IMG/VR virus record: IMGVR_UViG_3300012359_000002 | Location: 11,451-75,450 of that record | Direction: 5' to 3' (one strand) | Source of the DNA: a virus | Length of the DNA stretch: 64,000 nucleotides | Part shown: one piece after another, positions 8,903-19,945 of the stretch | Position numbering within the stretch: the stretch's first letter is position 1 | Layout of the letters: each line of letters begins with the position of its first letter | Notes under the pieces: generated by a model | Seen by the model: the letters and a program-made list of their open reading frames with translations, nothing else | Databases searched by the model: none | Told to the model about the DNA's origin: nothing | Made by a program: the position numbers and the translations under genes

Positions 8903-10361
8903 AATCCCCTCTGCGCGTCGTCGATCGCATCCTGCTCGGTCTTGAACGGACCCGAGGGCTCGCCGTCGGGGAGGCACCCCGGGAAGCACGCCCACCAGTA
9001 CCAACCTGGCTCGATGCCGGCGACGGCTGTGCTCTGCATCCGCGAGGTGGCGCCGTCGAAGAAGAAGGTCTCGAACGATCCGCCGTCCTTGAACTTGTAG
9101 TAGCTCACGTCTCCTCCCAGAAGTTCCGGCAGACGTAGACCGCCTCGACCCAGCCGTCGCCCAGGTACAGGTACCCGTGCTCCTCGCCGATTCGCTCCCC
9201 GCACATGACGCACTCGGCGCGGCGCTGCTTCGGCCGATCACGGTACTGGTTCGGCGGCTGCAGCTTCGCTTCGCTGCGCCTCACCTTGCTGGGGTGGTTC
9301 TCCGGCACCGGGCACGGCGCCTCACCGCTCGACGTGAAGTATTTTAAAAGCTCCCACTTCTTCCCGTCCTCGGCGTCGAAGAAGACGCGGCGCACGCCCC
9401 CGTGGATCGCGCACGTCACGACGGTACGACACGTCGCCGGCCACTCCGGGTGCAGCTCAGGCTCCTCGCGCTCCGTCACGTAGCTGGGTGCATCCTCACA
9501 CCAGTAGCGCCACGTCGAGCAGTACAGCTCGTGCTCGGGCACGCGCTCGCCCTCGGGTGTGAAGGTCGTCGCGTCCACGTCCGACTCGGACTCGTAGACG
9601 ACGCGCCAGGGTGCGTCGCTCAGCTCGCCACCGGTGAGGCCGAAGATCCACTCCACCTGCTCGCGCTCGTGCGCCAACTCCTCCTCGCGCATTGTCTCGC
9701 TCACGACTCGCCTCGCCCACCGCTCGGTGCGGTGATCACGTAGCGTGGGTCACCGCTCGGCGTGCCGTTCGGATTGACCGAGCCGGCGGGCGGCGTGCAG
9801 CGGGCGACGAGCGCCCGCGCCTCTCCGATGAGACGCGGCAGGGGCGTGTCGCCCAGAACCGAGGTCGAGAGGTTGTCGTACGCGGCAACGAGCCGGTCGA
9901 GGATGTCGAGCGCCTCCGGCCCGGCGGCGAGGCTCGCGCCATGTGCCTCGGCCCACGGCTCGACGTACGCGATCACGTAGCCGACGTGGTGCTTGCGCGC
10001 GAACTCGGGGCGCGCGGCGGGGTGGTACTGCACGATCGCCGCGCGCGTTCTGTTCACGGGGTGGACCGGCGCGAAGGCGAGACGCTGCAAGAACTTCGGT
10101 GCGGTCTTCGTTGTCATTGTCATTTCCCCTCGGTGAAGTCGATCATCCCTGCTGCCATGAGCACTTCGAAACCGTAGACGCGCATCGACTGGCACTCCGT
10201 GTTGTGGCACCTGTACTTGCGCGCATCAGGCTCGACGTCGCCTTGCTCCTGCTGGCACCCGAGGCAGACGCCGGTGTTCTCGTCGAGTGTGCGGCGATAC
10301 TCCAGCTCCGTCATCACCACCTTCACCGCGCGGTGGTTCGCGTTGTAGACGATCCGCACGG

Positions 10362-13271
10362 CTAGGCCCCCTCGACGTTCATCGAACCGTGGCACGTAGG
10401 ATAACGAACGCACCCGAAGAACTTCCGACCGGCGGACATCACCGTGCGCTCCTGAAGAGACGCGCCGCACCGCGGACACTGACGCATGAACGTCGGTGCC
10501 AGCTCGGCGATCCTGCTCAGCAGTGTGACGCGCCAGCCACGCGTGCGACACGCGTAGGGCAGCTTCTTGTGCAGCGCCTTCGTCGTGCCATCGTTGCCCT
10601 CGTACACGGCGGCGACCTTGATCGAGTCCTCGCCGACGTCGCGCGCGTCGGAGCCACCCAGCTCGATCGAGGTGTAGACGCGCAGGTGCTTCACGCCGTG
10701 CTCGCCCGCGTCGAGCGTGAACTCCAACACACGCTGGTGCATGCTGGCCTCGACCTCGCGGCCGGCGCCGACGAAGCCCAGCGGGGCGAGGAGCGCCTCG
10801 AACTGCGCGAGCGTCGGCTGGACGAAGCGCCCGCCCTCGCCGGCCGAGGCGGCAGGCTCCGCCGCGGTGGCCTGTTCAGCGTGCAGGATGGCTCGACCGA
10901 ACGCTTCAGCCCCAAACAGGGCGCCGACATCCTGCTTTGCCGTCTCGTCGACCGGCGCAGGAGCCTCCACGACCGCCTGGGGCTGCACAGGCGCTGCGAT
11001 CTCGACCGCCGGGACCGTCGGGAAGGCATCGAGTTCCGCGCGCACCTGCGAGGCGGCGAGCTTGCCAGCCTCGTCGGCGGCCGGCTCGACGTCGGGCAGG
11101 GGCTCGCCGCCCCCGTCGTCCTCGGGGTTGAACCCGGGGACGTAGTCGAGGAACACGGAGGGGCCGGCGTCGTTGTCGCGGAGGTCGACCTCGGAGTAGG
11201 TGAGCGCGAGGACGTCCTTCGCGCGCGTCGCGGCGACGTAGAAGAGCCGCTCCTCCTCCTCGAAGCGGTCGCCGGTGGCGCGGGCGTGCGGGAAGTTGCC
11301 GGCGGAGCAGGAGACGAACACCGTCGACCACTCCAGACCCTTCGCCTTGTGGATCGTCGAGATCGTGACGCGACCGGCGGGCAGCTCGAAGCCACCGTCG
11401 ACCGACTTCGCCTCGACGACCTCACCGGCGCATCGCCCAGCGAAGTCGAGGAAGGCCTGCGCGGTGAAGAAGTCCTTCGCGAGGGAGGCGACCGCGGCGA
11501 CGATGCCCGAGCGGTCGGCGTCAGCCTCGCCCGCGTCGTCAGCCTCGACCGGCGCGAGGAGCTTCACGATCATGGACACGCCCGCCGGCCACTCGGCCGC
11601 GCGCAGCTCGGTGAGGAAGCGGTAGAGGTCGCGGGCGGCGTCGCGCTGGCGGCTGTTGAGGCGCTCGGTGGCGGTGTTGATCTTCGCGAGGAGGTTCGCG
11701 CCGGGCGCCGCGCGGACCGCCTCGACGAACTTGGCGCCGAGGTACCGGCGGGGCTTGTTCACGATCCGCGCGAACGCGTCCATGTCGTCGTTCACGGAGA
11801 GGCTGATGTACGCGAGGGCGTTCTGGACCTCGTAGCGCTTGAAGAAGGGCTGCCCGCCGACGACGACGCAGGGGATACCGGCGCCGACCAGGGCGGCCTC
11901 GAAGGCGCCGCTCATTGCGTTGGTGCGGCAGAGGATCGCGAACGAGTCGAGCGAGGCGCCATCGTGCGTCGCGGCGCGGATGGAGGCGGCGACCTCGCGG
12001 CCCTCGACGGAGGGGTCCTCGTATCCCTTCACCGAGACCGTGCCAGCGTCGGCGCGCGCGGCGGAGGCGTCGGCGCCGAGGGACCACTCCTTGCCCTCTG
12101 CGACCGCGTTGCCGAGGTCGACGATCGCCTTCGCCGAGCGGTAGTTCGTGTCGAGTTCGAGCGTCGAGGCGCCGATCGCCTTGTCCGCAGTGAGGAAGAG
12201 CTTCGGGAAGGCGCCGCGCCACGAGTAGATGGACTGGCGGACGTCGCCGACGAGGATCAGGGTGCCGGCGCGGGCGAGCAGGCGGGCGATGTTGATCTGC
12301 AGCTCGCTGTTATCCTGCGCCTCGTCCACCACCACCACGAGGCCGGGCGTCGGCTGCGCGTTCACGAGGACGTCGTGGTAGGCCTGCAGCGCGTCGGCGA
12401 AGTCCCAGGCGCCGAGGGCGCGCTTCGCGTCCTGCACCATGCCCCAGGCGCGCGAAAGGTACGGGATCCCGTGGTCCTGCTCGACCTCTGCGACGGCCGC
12501 GTCGAGCGCGCCACCGACGAGCCCGTGCGAGCGGAGGACGTCGATCGCGAGCTGGTAGGTCTTGATCTCCGGCTCTTCGAGGCCGAGGCCCTCGACGCCG
12601 GTGCCGGGCACACCCTCGACGCCAGCGTAGCTGAGCACCGAGGACCAGAGCTTCGCGGAGGACGGGATCCCGCGGGCGCGGCGACCGATGTCCAGGCAGT
12701 GGCCCATGTCCCAGGCGCCGTTCCCGCGAAGTGCGCGGAGCGCGAGACCGTGGAACGTGCCGACGCGCATCATGTCGAGGGCGCCGGGCGGGAGAACCGC
12801 GGCGAGGCGCGTCGCCAGCTCCTTGCCAGCCTTGGAGGTGAAGGTCGTGGCGACGATCTGCGTCGCGTTGCGGTGCGAGTTCCAGACGAGCCCGGCGAGG
12901 AAGGCGACGGTCGTCGTGGTCTTGCCCGAGCCGGCGGCGGCGACGACGCGGAGGTTGCCGGTCGCGGGGTCGAAGTTGAAGATCTTGCTCTGGTTCGCGT
13001 CGAGGCGCGCCGTGAGCGCGTCGAAGGCCTCGCGCGCCGCGCTGTAGCTGGGGCGCGGCAGCTCGACCGGAGCGGCGACCGACTCGACGGGCTCCAGATC
13101 GGTGGCGGGCGTGCCGTCGGAGGCGACCGGCGCGGCGGAGCCAGCGGAGAACTTGACCGTCTTGCGGCACTTGGGGAAGCCGGTGCAGCCCCAGAACTGG
13201 CCGAAGGAGCCGGAGCGCAGCTTCATCTCGGAACCGCAGGAGGGGCAGGAAGGGGAGGCAGCGGATGTCAT
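10362..13271 (-). CDS. UvrD/Rep/PcrA-family SF1 helicase with topoisomerase-type C4 zinc ribbons at both termini
   Basis: AAAGSGKT, DEAQD, GDVRQSIYSWRGA, TNYRS, TIHKAKGLEW, EERLFYVAATRAK; CPSCG..FWGCTGFPKC and CPRCG..FFGCVRYPTC. Confidence 0.92.
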   Translation of the reverse strand: MTSAASPSCPSCGSEMKLRSGSFGQFWGCTGFPKCRKTVKFSAGSAAPVASDGTPATDLEPVESVAAPVELPRPSYSAAREAFDALTARLDANQSKIFNFDPATGNLRVVAAAGSGKTTTTVAFLAGLVWNSHRNATQIVATTFTSKAGKELATRLAAVLPPGALDMMRVGTFHGLALRALRGNGAWDMGHCLDIGRRARGIPSSAKLWSSVLSYAGVEGVPGTGVEGLGLEEPEIKTYQLAIDVLRSHGLVGGALDAAVAEVEQDHGIPYLSRAWGMVQDAKRALGAWDFADALQAYHDVLVNAQPTPGLVVVVDEAQDNSELQINIARLLARAGTLILVGDVRQSIYSWRGAFPKLFLTADKAIGASTLELDTNYRSAKAIVDLGNAVAEGKEWSLGADASAARADAGTVSVKGYEDPSVEGREVAASIRAATHDGASLDSFAILCRTNAMSGAFEAALVGAGIPCVVVGGQPFFKRYEVQNALAYISLSVNDDMDAFARIVNKPRRYLGAKFVEAVRAAPGANLLAKINTATERLNSRQRDAARDLYRFLTELRAAEWPAGVSMIVKLLAPVEADDAGEADADRSGIVAAVASLAKDFFTAQAFLDFAGRCAGEVVEAKSVDGGFELPAGRVTISTIHKAKGLEWSTVFVSCSAGNFPHARATGDRFEEEERLFYVAATRAKDVLALTYSEVDLRDNDAGPSVFLDYVPGFNPEDDGGGEPLPDVEPAADEAGKLAASQVRAELDAFPTVPAVEIAAPVQPQAVVEAPAPVDETAKQDVGALFGAEAFGRAILHAEQATAAEPAASAGEGGRFVQPTLAQFEALLAPLGFVGAGREVEASMHQRVLEFTLDAGEHGVKHLRVYTSIELGGSDARDVGEDSIKVAAVYEGNDGTTKALHKKLPYACRTRGWRVTLLSRIAELAPTFMRQCPRCGASLQERTVMSAGRKFFGCVRYPTCHGSMNVEGA

Positions 13272-13330
13272 TTTAAAACTTCCTTTCGGGCCCGGCTCGC
13301 GGCCGGTAGAAGCACTCTCGCACAACTTCA

Positions 13331-13364
13331 GTGTCCGATCAAGCACCAGTGCTTGATCGGACAC
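13331..13364. promoter_or_regulatory. Perfect 16-bp inverted repeat upstream of the helicase
   Basis: GTGTCCGATCAAGCAC-CA-GTGCTTGATCGGACAC. Confidence 0.6.
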
Positions 13365-13405
13365 CGGTTTCTTCTGGACGGCAGAACTACAGGGGTTTTT
13401 CGGCC

Positions 13406-13768
13406 CTACTTGACCGGGATCAGGACACCGATGAACCGGTACCGGCCGGGCTGGAGCCGCGAGCCGCGCCCGCCGGAGTAGCCGATCGGCGCGCTCCGCC
13501 CGTCCAGGTAGAGCCCGAACATCACTTCGGCGTCGCGCTCGCCGAGCCCCCAGTTCTTGGTGTCGATCGTGTCGGTGGTGAAGGCGGCAGCTTCCACCAC
13601 GATCTTCGCGAGATCACCGTTGCTGCCGGTGAACGTCGCGGCCTGCGCGTCGAGCATGCGTGACTGCTGCTCAGCGAGCGCGTGGATCCGCGCCACGGCG
13701 TTCTTGATCTCCTCCTCGGCCTTCTCTGCGATGTTCCGTCTCACATCGTCGACTGTCAGTAACTTCAC
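13406..13768 (-). CDS. Hypothetical protein
   Basis: GAGGAGG SD before GTG. Confidence 0.55.
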   Translation of the reverse strand: MKLLTVDDVRRNIAEKAEEEIKNAVARIHALAEQQSRMLDAQAATFTGSNGDLAKIVVEAAAFTTDTIDTKNWGLGERDAEVMFGLYLDGRSAPIGYSGGRGSRLQPGRYRFIGVLIPVK

Positions 13769-13780
13769 GGTGTGTCCTCC

Positions 13781-15805
13781 TCACTCCAAGAGCTTGTCGA
13801 TCTTCCGCTGCTTGCGCGGCACCTTCCGCGTCGACTCGTCGGCCGCCGGGCCCTGGTTCTTCTGCTCTTTCACCTCCTTCGCCGCGCGCGCCTTCTCCGC
13901 GGCGTTGCGGCGATCGCGCTCGGCGGTCTCGCGATCGCGCCGGCAGTCGAGGCAGTGCGCGCCGGAGATGCCGTGAGCGCACGATCCGACGCTGATGTAG
14001 TCGCCCGCCTCGCGCTCCAGATCCGCGAGGCCCTTGCGCTCCACCGCTTCGAGATCGATCGGCGCCGGCTCGGTGCCGGTGCGGATCACCGTCCAGCCCG
14101 ACGGCGGGTCGAGCGGCTCGGTGGTGGTGGCGATGATCACCTGGGCGGGCGCGGCTTCGAGCGCACGCATGACGCGCCCGAGGCTCGTGGGGTCCCAGCT
14201 TCGGTCGTCGGGGATGATCACGGCGAGCGCTTCGCTGTCACCCAGGTACGCCGACGCGAGTGCCGCGGAGAGCCGCGCCCACTCGGCGCCGGAGAGCGCG
14301 GAGTCGTAGCGGTCGGGCGCGCCACCGGTGATGTCGCCTTGCACCTCCGCGGAGCGCGCAAAGCCGTAGCGGCAAATCTCACGCTCGCCGTCGCGGAGCT
14401 GCAGGAAGAACCGATCGCTCGGCGGGAGGAAGTGCTGCACCTTCTCGGTGAAGGCGGTGACTGCCCCATCGAGGAGCGTCCCGATCGTCTCCTTCAGCGC
14501 GTCCTCGAACCCCGACCACTGCGTCGACTGGATCGTGCGCTCGGCGGCGATGTCGCGCGAGCGGCGCGCCTGCTCCCAGGCGCTGGAGCCGCGCTCCAGC
14601 CGGATCACCTCCGCCTCGCAGGTGACCTCGCGCGCCTTCGCGTCAGCGAGCGCGACCTCGATCAGGTCGGGCGTGTTGTAGAGCGGCACCTCCTCGCCAG
14701 GCGCGGGCGCGTCGTCCTCGCGGGAGAAGGCGAGCAGCGTTGCCTCCGCCTGGCGGTGACGCTCCTTCGCCTGCTGGATCTGCCGCGTGAGCCGCGTGTG
14801 CTCTTCGAGTTGCGCCGCCCGCTCGGCGTGCTTCGCGCCGACGGGTACGAGGCGCTCACCCCAGAACGCGGAGGTGAACTTCTGCTCGTCCTGGCCCTCA
14901 CCCCGCTCCTGCTGCTTGCAGCACGGGCACGCGCCGAGCCCTTTCATCCGCGCGAAGTTCAGAAGCTCGACGAGGTGCTCGCGCACGCGATCGGCCTCGG
15001 CCGGCGCGGGAATCACGGCGAGCGCTTCGGTGAGCCTGTCGATCTCGGCGCTGGCGGTGTCGGCGGAAGTGACACACTCGGCGATGCGCTGTGCGTTCGC
15101 GAGACCGTGCCGGAGCGCGATCACCTCGTTGCGTGCGGTGACGAGCGCGGCGCGCGCCGCCTGGATCTGCCCGGCGCTGATCGCCTGCAGGCCCTGCGTC
15201 GTCTCGGTGACGATCGCGGTGGACGTCTTCGCCTCGCTCGCGAGATCCCGCTTGCGCTCGCTGGCCTTGCTGAGCGCGTGCAGGAGGAGGTCCACCGCGG
15301 CGGTGTTGATCGGCGTTCCGACGATCACCTCCTCGAAGAGCTTGTGGTATGGGCCGGGCAGGCTGTTCGTCACGTCCTCCTGCGTGACCTTCCCCGCCAC
15401 CATGCGCAGGAAGAACTTGCGCACCGTGTCGACCGCGCCGCCGAGCGACTCGCGCACCTCGCGCAGCGGGAACGCGTTCGGGTGGAGCGCGGTCGTCGAC
15501 TTCTTCCCCTTCGTCTCGACGCGCACGAGACCTTCGATCTCGTGCTCCAGCAGAAGCGCCTCGGAGAAGATCGCCTCGCCCGGTCCGAGCGTGAGGAGCT
15601 GGTTCACGTCGGCGACGGTCGTGCGGCCGACGACGTCCGAGATCTTCGCGGTGAGCGCGTACTCCAGCGAGTTCGTGATCGCGCTCTTCCCGCTGCCGTT
15701 CGGGCCGACGATGAGCGTGCGGTAGCCCAGCTCGACGTCGACACCGCCCTTCAGGTTCGACTTCACGTGCTTCACGTAGGGTCGCATTTTCATCTCCTGG
15801 CTCAT
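13781..15805 (-). CDS. Rad50/SbcC/SMC-like ABC ATPase
   Basis: Walker A GPNGSGKS, coiled coils, central CPCC zinc-hook-like motif, signature LSGAE, degenerate Walker B IIPDDRSWD. Confidence 0.8.
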   Translation of the reverse strand: MSQEMKMRPYVKHVKSNLKGGVDVELGYRTLIVGPNGSGKSAITNSLEYALTAKISDVVGRTTVADVNQLLTLGPGEAIFSEALLLEHEIEGLVRVETKGKKSTTALHPNAFPLREVRESLGGAVDTVRKFFLRMVAGKVTQEDVTNSLPGPYHKLFEEVIVGTPINTAAVDLLLHALSKASERKRDLASEAKTSTAIVTETTQGLQAISAGQIQAARAALVTARNEVIALRHGLANAQRIAECVTSADTASAEIDRLTEALAVIPAPAEADRVREHLVELLNFARMKGLGACPCCKQQERGEGQDEQKFTSAFWGERLVPVGAKHAERAAQLEEHTRLTRQIQQAKERHRQAEATLLAFSREDDAPAPGEEVPLYNTPDLIEVALADAKAREVTCEAEVIRLERGSSAWEQARRSRDIAAERTIQSTQWSGFEDALKETIGTLLDGAVTAFTEKVQHFLPPSDRFFLQLRDGEREICRYGFARSAEVQGDITGGAPDRYDSALSGAEWARLSAALASAYLGDSEALAVIIPDDRSWDPTSLGRVMRALEAAPAQVIIATTTEPLDPPSGWTVIRTGTEPAPIDLEAVERKGLADLEREAGDYISVGSCAHGISGAHCLDCRRDRETAERDRRNAAEKARAAKEVKEQKNQGPAADESTRKVPRKQRKIDKLLE

Positions 15806-16614
15806 GACTTCTTCACCGCCTCGATCTTCGTGATGATCTCACCGATGCCGTCGGGGCTCGGCGAGACGACGAAGTCGTTGAAGTACACCGGCAGCTCCGC
15901 CACCATGATCTCCAGCAGTCTGACAGCGACCGCACGGATCTCGGCGTCGGCGGCGCCGTTGCCGCGCATCACGATCGCGTGGCGGATCGCCTCGACGTTG
16001 CCGGTCCAGATCATCTCTGTCTCCAGCGCGTTGCCGAGCGCACCGCGTGCGGCGCCGCGGGCCTGCTTGCGGGCGGTGAGCTTGTCGACGCCTCGCCCTT
16101 CGAGGAGCCGTTCACCGCGATCGACGGCGCGACGGTAGAAACGCTGTGCGATCTGAATGACGCCGTCCCACTCATCTTCAAGCGACCCGATCTTCATGGG
16201 ATCGGCGGTCGAGCCCTCGACGACATACGTCTCACGTTCGATGCTGAAGATCTCCTTGAGGAGAGGGTGCGGGATCCACGGCGAGTCGCTCTCGTTGCAG
16301 TAGCGCGTCGAGCGCTGCGACGGCGAGCAGCCGACGTGGTGCCGCACGAACTCGTGCGAAAAACCGCGCGAGACGCCGCTGATGAAGAAGGAGAAGTTCG
16401 CGTGGTAGGTCGGGTTCAGGTGCCCGACCTCCTGCAGGTGCTGCGCGAAGGCGCCGGAGCTGCGCGCCTTTCCCCCGAAAGAGTCATAACAAATCCGGCC
16501 AGCGGTCTCGATCAGCTTCTGGGCGTCGGGGCCGAGGAGCTGATCGGCGTGAGGGGTTCCCATTTCAGGCGGGAGGGCGATGAACTGCGGGCGTGAGACG
16601 AGTCGAACGATCAT
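15802..16614 (-). CDS. thyX: FAD-dependent thymidylate synthase
   Basis: AGRICYDS, SRGFSHEFVRHHVGCSPSQRSTRY (RH..S..SxR motif), ARGAL, AEIR. Confidence 0.88.
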   Translation of the reverse strand: MIVRLVSRPQFIALPPEMGTPHADQLLGPDAQKLIETAGRICYDSFGGKARSSGAFAQHLQEVGHLNPTYHANFSFFISGVSRGFSHEFVRHHVGCSPSQRSTRYCNESDSPWIPHPLLKEIFSIERETYVVEGSTADPMKIGSLEDEWDGVIQIAQRFYRRAVDRGERLLEGRGVDKLTARKQARGAARGALGNALETEMIWTGNVEAIRHAIVMRGNGAADAEIRAVAVRLLEIMVAELPVYFNDFVVSPSPDGIGEIITKIEAVKKS

Positions 16615-17289
16615 GTGCTTCCCCTTGTGCGTGGTGCGTCTGGTGTCTACTTCAGCTCGCCGCGAGCGACGAGATCGGATCGGATCTGCTGGAGCGCTTC
16701 CGCGTCGATGGGCCCTTCACCCTTCACGCTGCGATCACCGTTCGTGAAGAGCCAGAACGTGAAGCGCTGCCGACCAACACCGATTCCCTGCCAATAGTCG
16801 TTGTGGACGGCGACGGCCCACCCGGCAGCGCGCAGCTCGTCGAGCAGGTGCCACGCCTTGCGCTCCCTGCGCTCGATGGCGATCTCGGCATCGATCTCGG
16901 CGTCGGAGGTCGAGCCCGGCACCCCAAAGAACTTTCCATCTGCGATGTTGAAGACGTAGAGATCCTCCAGCTCCTTCACCGCCTGCGTCCAGGCTTGCGC
17001 GCCGTTCTGAATGCAGTGCTCGCGCTCTCGCGCGAGGATCATCTGCCAGCGCGTGATGCATGTTTGAACGGCGACGTAAGAGTTCCTTCTGCGACAAGGG
17101 GTTGCGCGGCAACGCGCAGTTGGGGCGGGAGTGGCGGCTTCAGCACCGGATTCCCGTCGAAGTAGTCGTGCAGTGCCTGGAGCAGCCACTCGCGGTGCTC
17201 GTCGTCGCCGTGCTTAATCTGCTTCCAGAGGTCGTCCGCGAGCGTACGCTTTGCTTCTGCGCTCAACAGTGCGAGAAAGTTTACCATGT

Positions 17290-18213
17290 TCACTCCAGAT
17301 CAAAAGACGTCGCGTCGTCAGACGCGGCGGCCGGTGCGAGCGGTAGCGCTTCGGGCGGCTTGTATGTCGAGCGGGGTCTTCCCTCCCCGAGGCGCACTCT
17401 CTCGTACTTGTCGAACTCGCACAAGCAGAACTGAATGTCGTGCGCGGTGAGCGGCGTCTCGTCTTTGAAAGTAGCAAGCCAACGCTCGTTGATAAATGTG
17501 CGAAGCGTTGTGATCTCAGCGAGGAAAGCCTGCTCGCTCTGCTGCTTCGCGATCGGGCGCAGCGCGAGGCGGTTCAGCCCCCGCCGGGCGCCCGGCCCGA
17601 TGGGCGTCCACGTCGCCTCGTCGAGGACGTCCACGCTCGTATCGCACCAGTCGTTCCAGAGCAGCCAGTCCTGCAGCACCTCCTTCGCCATGAACCCGAA
17701 GCCGCCGAATCCGGGCAGCTCGCGCAGCTCCGCGTAGCCGGCCGCCCAGGACGCTTCCGATCGGATCGCGTCGGTGACGTCCTTGGCGGCAAGCCAGAGC
17801 GCGCCGAGCCGCTCGGCGACGACCTTCCACTTCGGCACGCCGGCAGCGCCCGCGGCGATCGTGTACGCCCCCGTCCAGGGCCGCGCGCCGCTGGAAACGC
17901 AGAGGTCATGTGCCTGCCGGAGCCAGCTTTCGTCGTGGTCGAGCTGCCAGCCGACCGCCTCCATGAAGTCCTCGGTGCCGAACCAGCGCCAGACGCCGCA
18001 GTTGTAGAGAGCGACGTGCGGGAGGGCCTCGTGGTTTGCCTGGTACACCTTCAGGAAGGCCTGCGTCGTACGGTCGTGGATGCGCCGCACGTTCGTGAAC
18101 TTGTACTTGCGGAGGATCGCGTCCTGCGTCCAGGGCCACGGCTCTCCGTGCGCGCGGGCGCGCCGGATGTTCTCCCGAGCGGCGACGTAGTGCCACAACT
18201 GGAGCGCGCTCAT
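17290..18213 (-). CDS. aGPT-Pplase1 / 5-hmdU DNA kinase helical-domain family protein (thymine-hypermodification associated)
   Basis: RENIRRAR..PWPWTQDAILRKYKFTNVRRIHDRTT, GFGGFGFMAKEV, PIGPGARRGL, DIQFCLCEFDKY. Confidence 0.8.
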   Translation of the reverse strand: MSALQLWHYVAARENIRRARAHGEPWPWTQDAILRKYKFTNVRRIHDRTTQAFLKVYQANHEALPHVALYNCGVWRWFGTEDFMEAVGWQLDHDESWLRQAHDLCVSSGARPWTGAYTIAAGAAGVPKWKVVAERLGALWLAAKDVTDAIRSEASWAAGYAELRELPGFGGFGFMAKEVLQDWLLWNDWCDTSVDVLDEATWTPIGPGARRGLNRLALRPIAKQQSEQAFLAEITTLRTFINERWLATFKDETPLTAHDIQFCLCEFDKYERVRLGEGRPRSTYKPPEALPLAPAAASDDATSFDLE

Positions 18214-18409
18214 TCGATCAGCTCCCCGAGGAGGCGCAGCGACCGGACCTCGCGGTCGGTCTTGCCCGTCGCCTCGCTCTGCACTTCCGCACGCACGGCG
18301 GCGTCCGCGGCGGAGTCGGCCTTGATGTAGAACACGCGCAGGCGCACCGGCACCTTGTCCAGCTCGGCGACGCCACTCCCCATCTCCACTCGATAGACAT
18401 TACTCATAG

Positions 18410-18664
18410 TCACTCCAGATCGATCGCGGACCCGTCGCCCGGCACGAGGAACGGCAAACCCTTCTCGACGGCGAGCCACTTCGGCACGATCAGGTCGCCG
18501 GAGTCGCCGAGGTGCTTCACGCCGCTGTGCTCGCAGATCTGCGACTTCGGCAGCCAGACCTTCTCGAAGTCGCGGGTGACGACGAGGAGCCCATCCTCGG
18601 TCTCGTACGCGGTCGCGTAGACCTTCACGAGCACCGGGTTGAAGTGGGTGGGATCGCGCGGCAT
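18410..18664 (-). CDS. Small beta-rich hypothetical protein ending SAIDLE
   Basis: ETEDGLLV..KVWLPKSQI..IVPKWLAVEKGL, a common small phage family. Confidence 0.6.
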   Translation of the reverse strand: MPRDPTHFNPVLVKVYATAYETEDGLLVVTRDFEKVWLPKSQICEHSGVKHLGDSGDLIVPKWLAVEKGLPFLVPGDGSAIDLE

Positions 18665-18666
18665 GG

Positions 18667-19173
18667 TCAGCCCAAGCTCACGTACCAGCCGGCCTTCCAG
18701 TTGTTCTCGTTCGCGGCGACGACGGCTGTCACCTTGCGAAGCGTCTGCGACAGCACCTTCCCGGTCTCAACCTCGACCTCCTTTTCGACGTAGAGCACGG
18801 AGCGGCGCTTCGCGAGCGCACGCCTCACGATCGGCGCGGTGCCCCTGCCAACAATTTGCGACGGGCCGACGACGTAGTAGTGGAACCGCGGCTCCCCCCC
18901 GAACGGGGACACACCGCCGGTGACGTAGTCGATCCACGCGTTCCAGTTGAACGGCAGCCCGTCGCGCCCCTTCGCCCACTCCGTCGCCGCCTCGCGCCCC
19001 GTCGTCACCTGCAAGCGGAAGGGCACGCCGCTCGCGAGCACGCGCCCCTCGAAGCACCTGCGCACGTCGGCGACGAGATCGTCGAGGGCCTCCTGCGCGA
19101 GTGACTTTGGGTGAGCAACGAATAGACGACGGAGTGGGCTCTGCGGCTCGTCGAGGTTGTCGCTGCCGGGCAT
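18667..19173 (-). CDS. Hypothetical protein
   Basis: Tightly packed ORF in the operon. Confidence 0.5.
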   Translation of the reverse strand: MPGSDNLDEPQSPLRRLFVAHPKSLAQEALDDLVADVRRCFEGRVLASGVPFRLQVTTGREAATEWAKGRDGLPFNWNAWIDYVTGGVSPFGGEPRFHYYVVGPSQIVGRGTAPIVRRALAKRRSVLYVEKEVEVETGKVLSQTLRKVTAVVAANENNWKAGWYVSLG

Positions 19174-19945
19174 GGGTCAGGCCTCGATCTTCTTCACTTC
19201 GTGCGCGACGCCAATGAGCGCGATCGCACGGCACTTCGAACAGGAGAGTCGGCCGACCGTGCCTGTGATCTCCCACTCGCCGTAGCCACAGAACGGGCAG
19301 CTCTGCTCGACCTCGCGCTCCTTCCAGTAGATCGGCAGGAGCTTCTCGATCCGCGCTTCGAGCGTGCGAAGGACCAAGCGCATGTCGCGATAGGCGGCTG
19401 TCGCCATCCACTCGACCGGGTCCAGCTCCTTCGGGTGCGAGGCGAGCGCGAGGTCAGAGGCCTCGTTGCGCAGCAACTCGATCTGCGAGAGCAGCAGGCG
19501 CGCGGCGGGGCTCACTTCTCCACCCCCGTTGCCATGACGTGCAGGTGCAGCGCGTACGCGACGATCGCCTCGGAGGCCCAGACGCGCTGATAGGCTCCCG
19601 TGGTCGACGAGCGCGCCAGCTTCGACTTGATTGCCTCGTCGGGGTAGCCCGTCGGGTCGAACTTGTGCTTCTCGATGCACTCGTCGCGCGTGAGCCAGAC
19701 TGTCACGCCGTCCTTGTCCCAGCAGCCGACGTACGCCTTGCGCATCCGCTCCAGGAAGGCGGCGTACGCGTCGGCGATCGGCGTGGGCTCGCGCAGCTCT
19801 GCCGAGCGCAGCCACGCGTCGTAGTGCGTGCCGCAGAGGAAGGCCTTCACGGTGACGCTCTTCGCACCGTCGCTCTGCTTGCGGCAGACGTCACACGTTG
19901 CGAGCGGTAGGGGGTTCAATTCAGTTTCGGATCCGTTTGCCATTG

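Noticed and set aside
10287-16138. Long plus-strand ORFs (1064 aa, 788 aa) and similar antisense ORFs elsewhere
   Set aside because: Shadow frames of high-GC genes; the opposite strand carries the recognisable motifs
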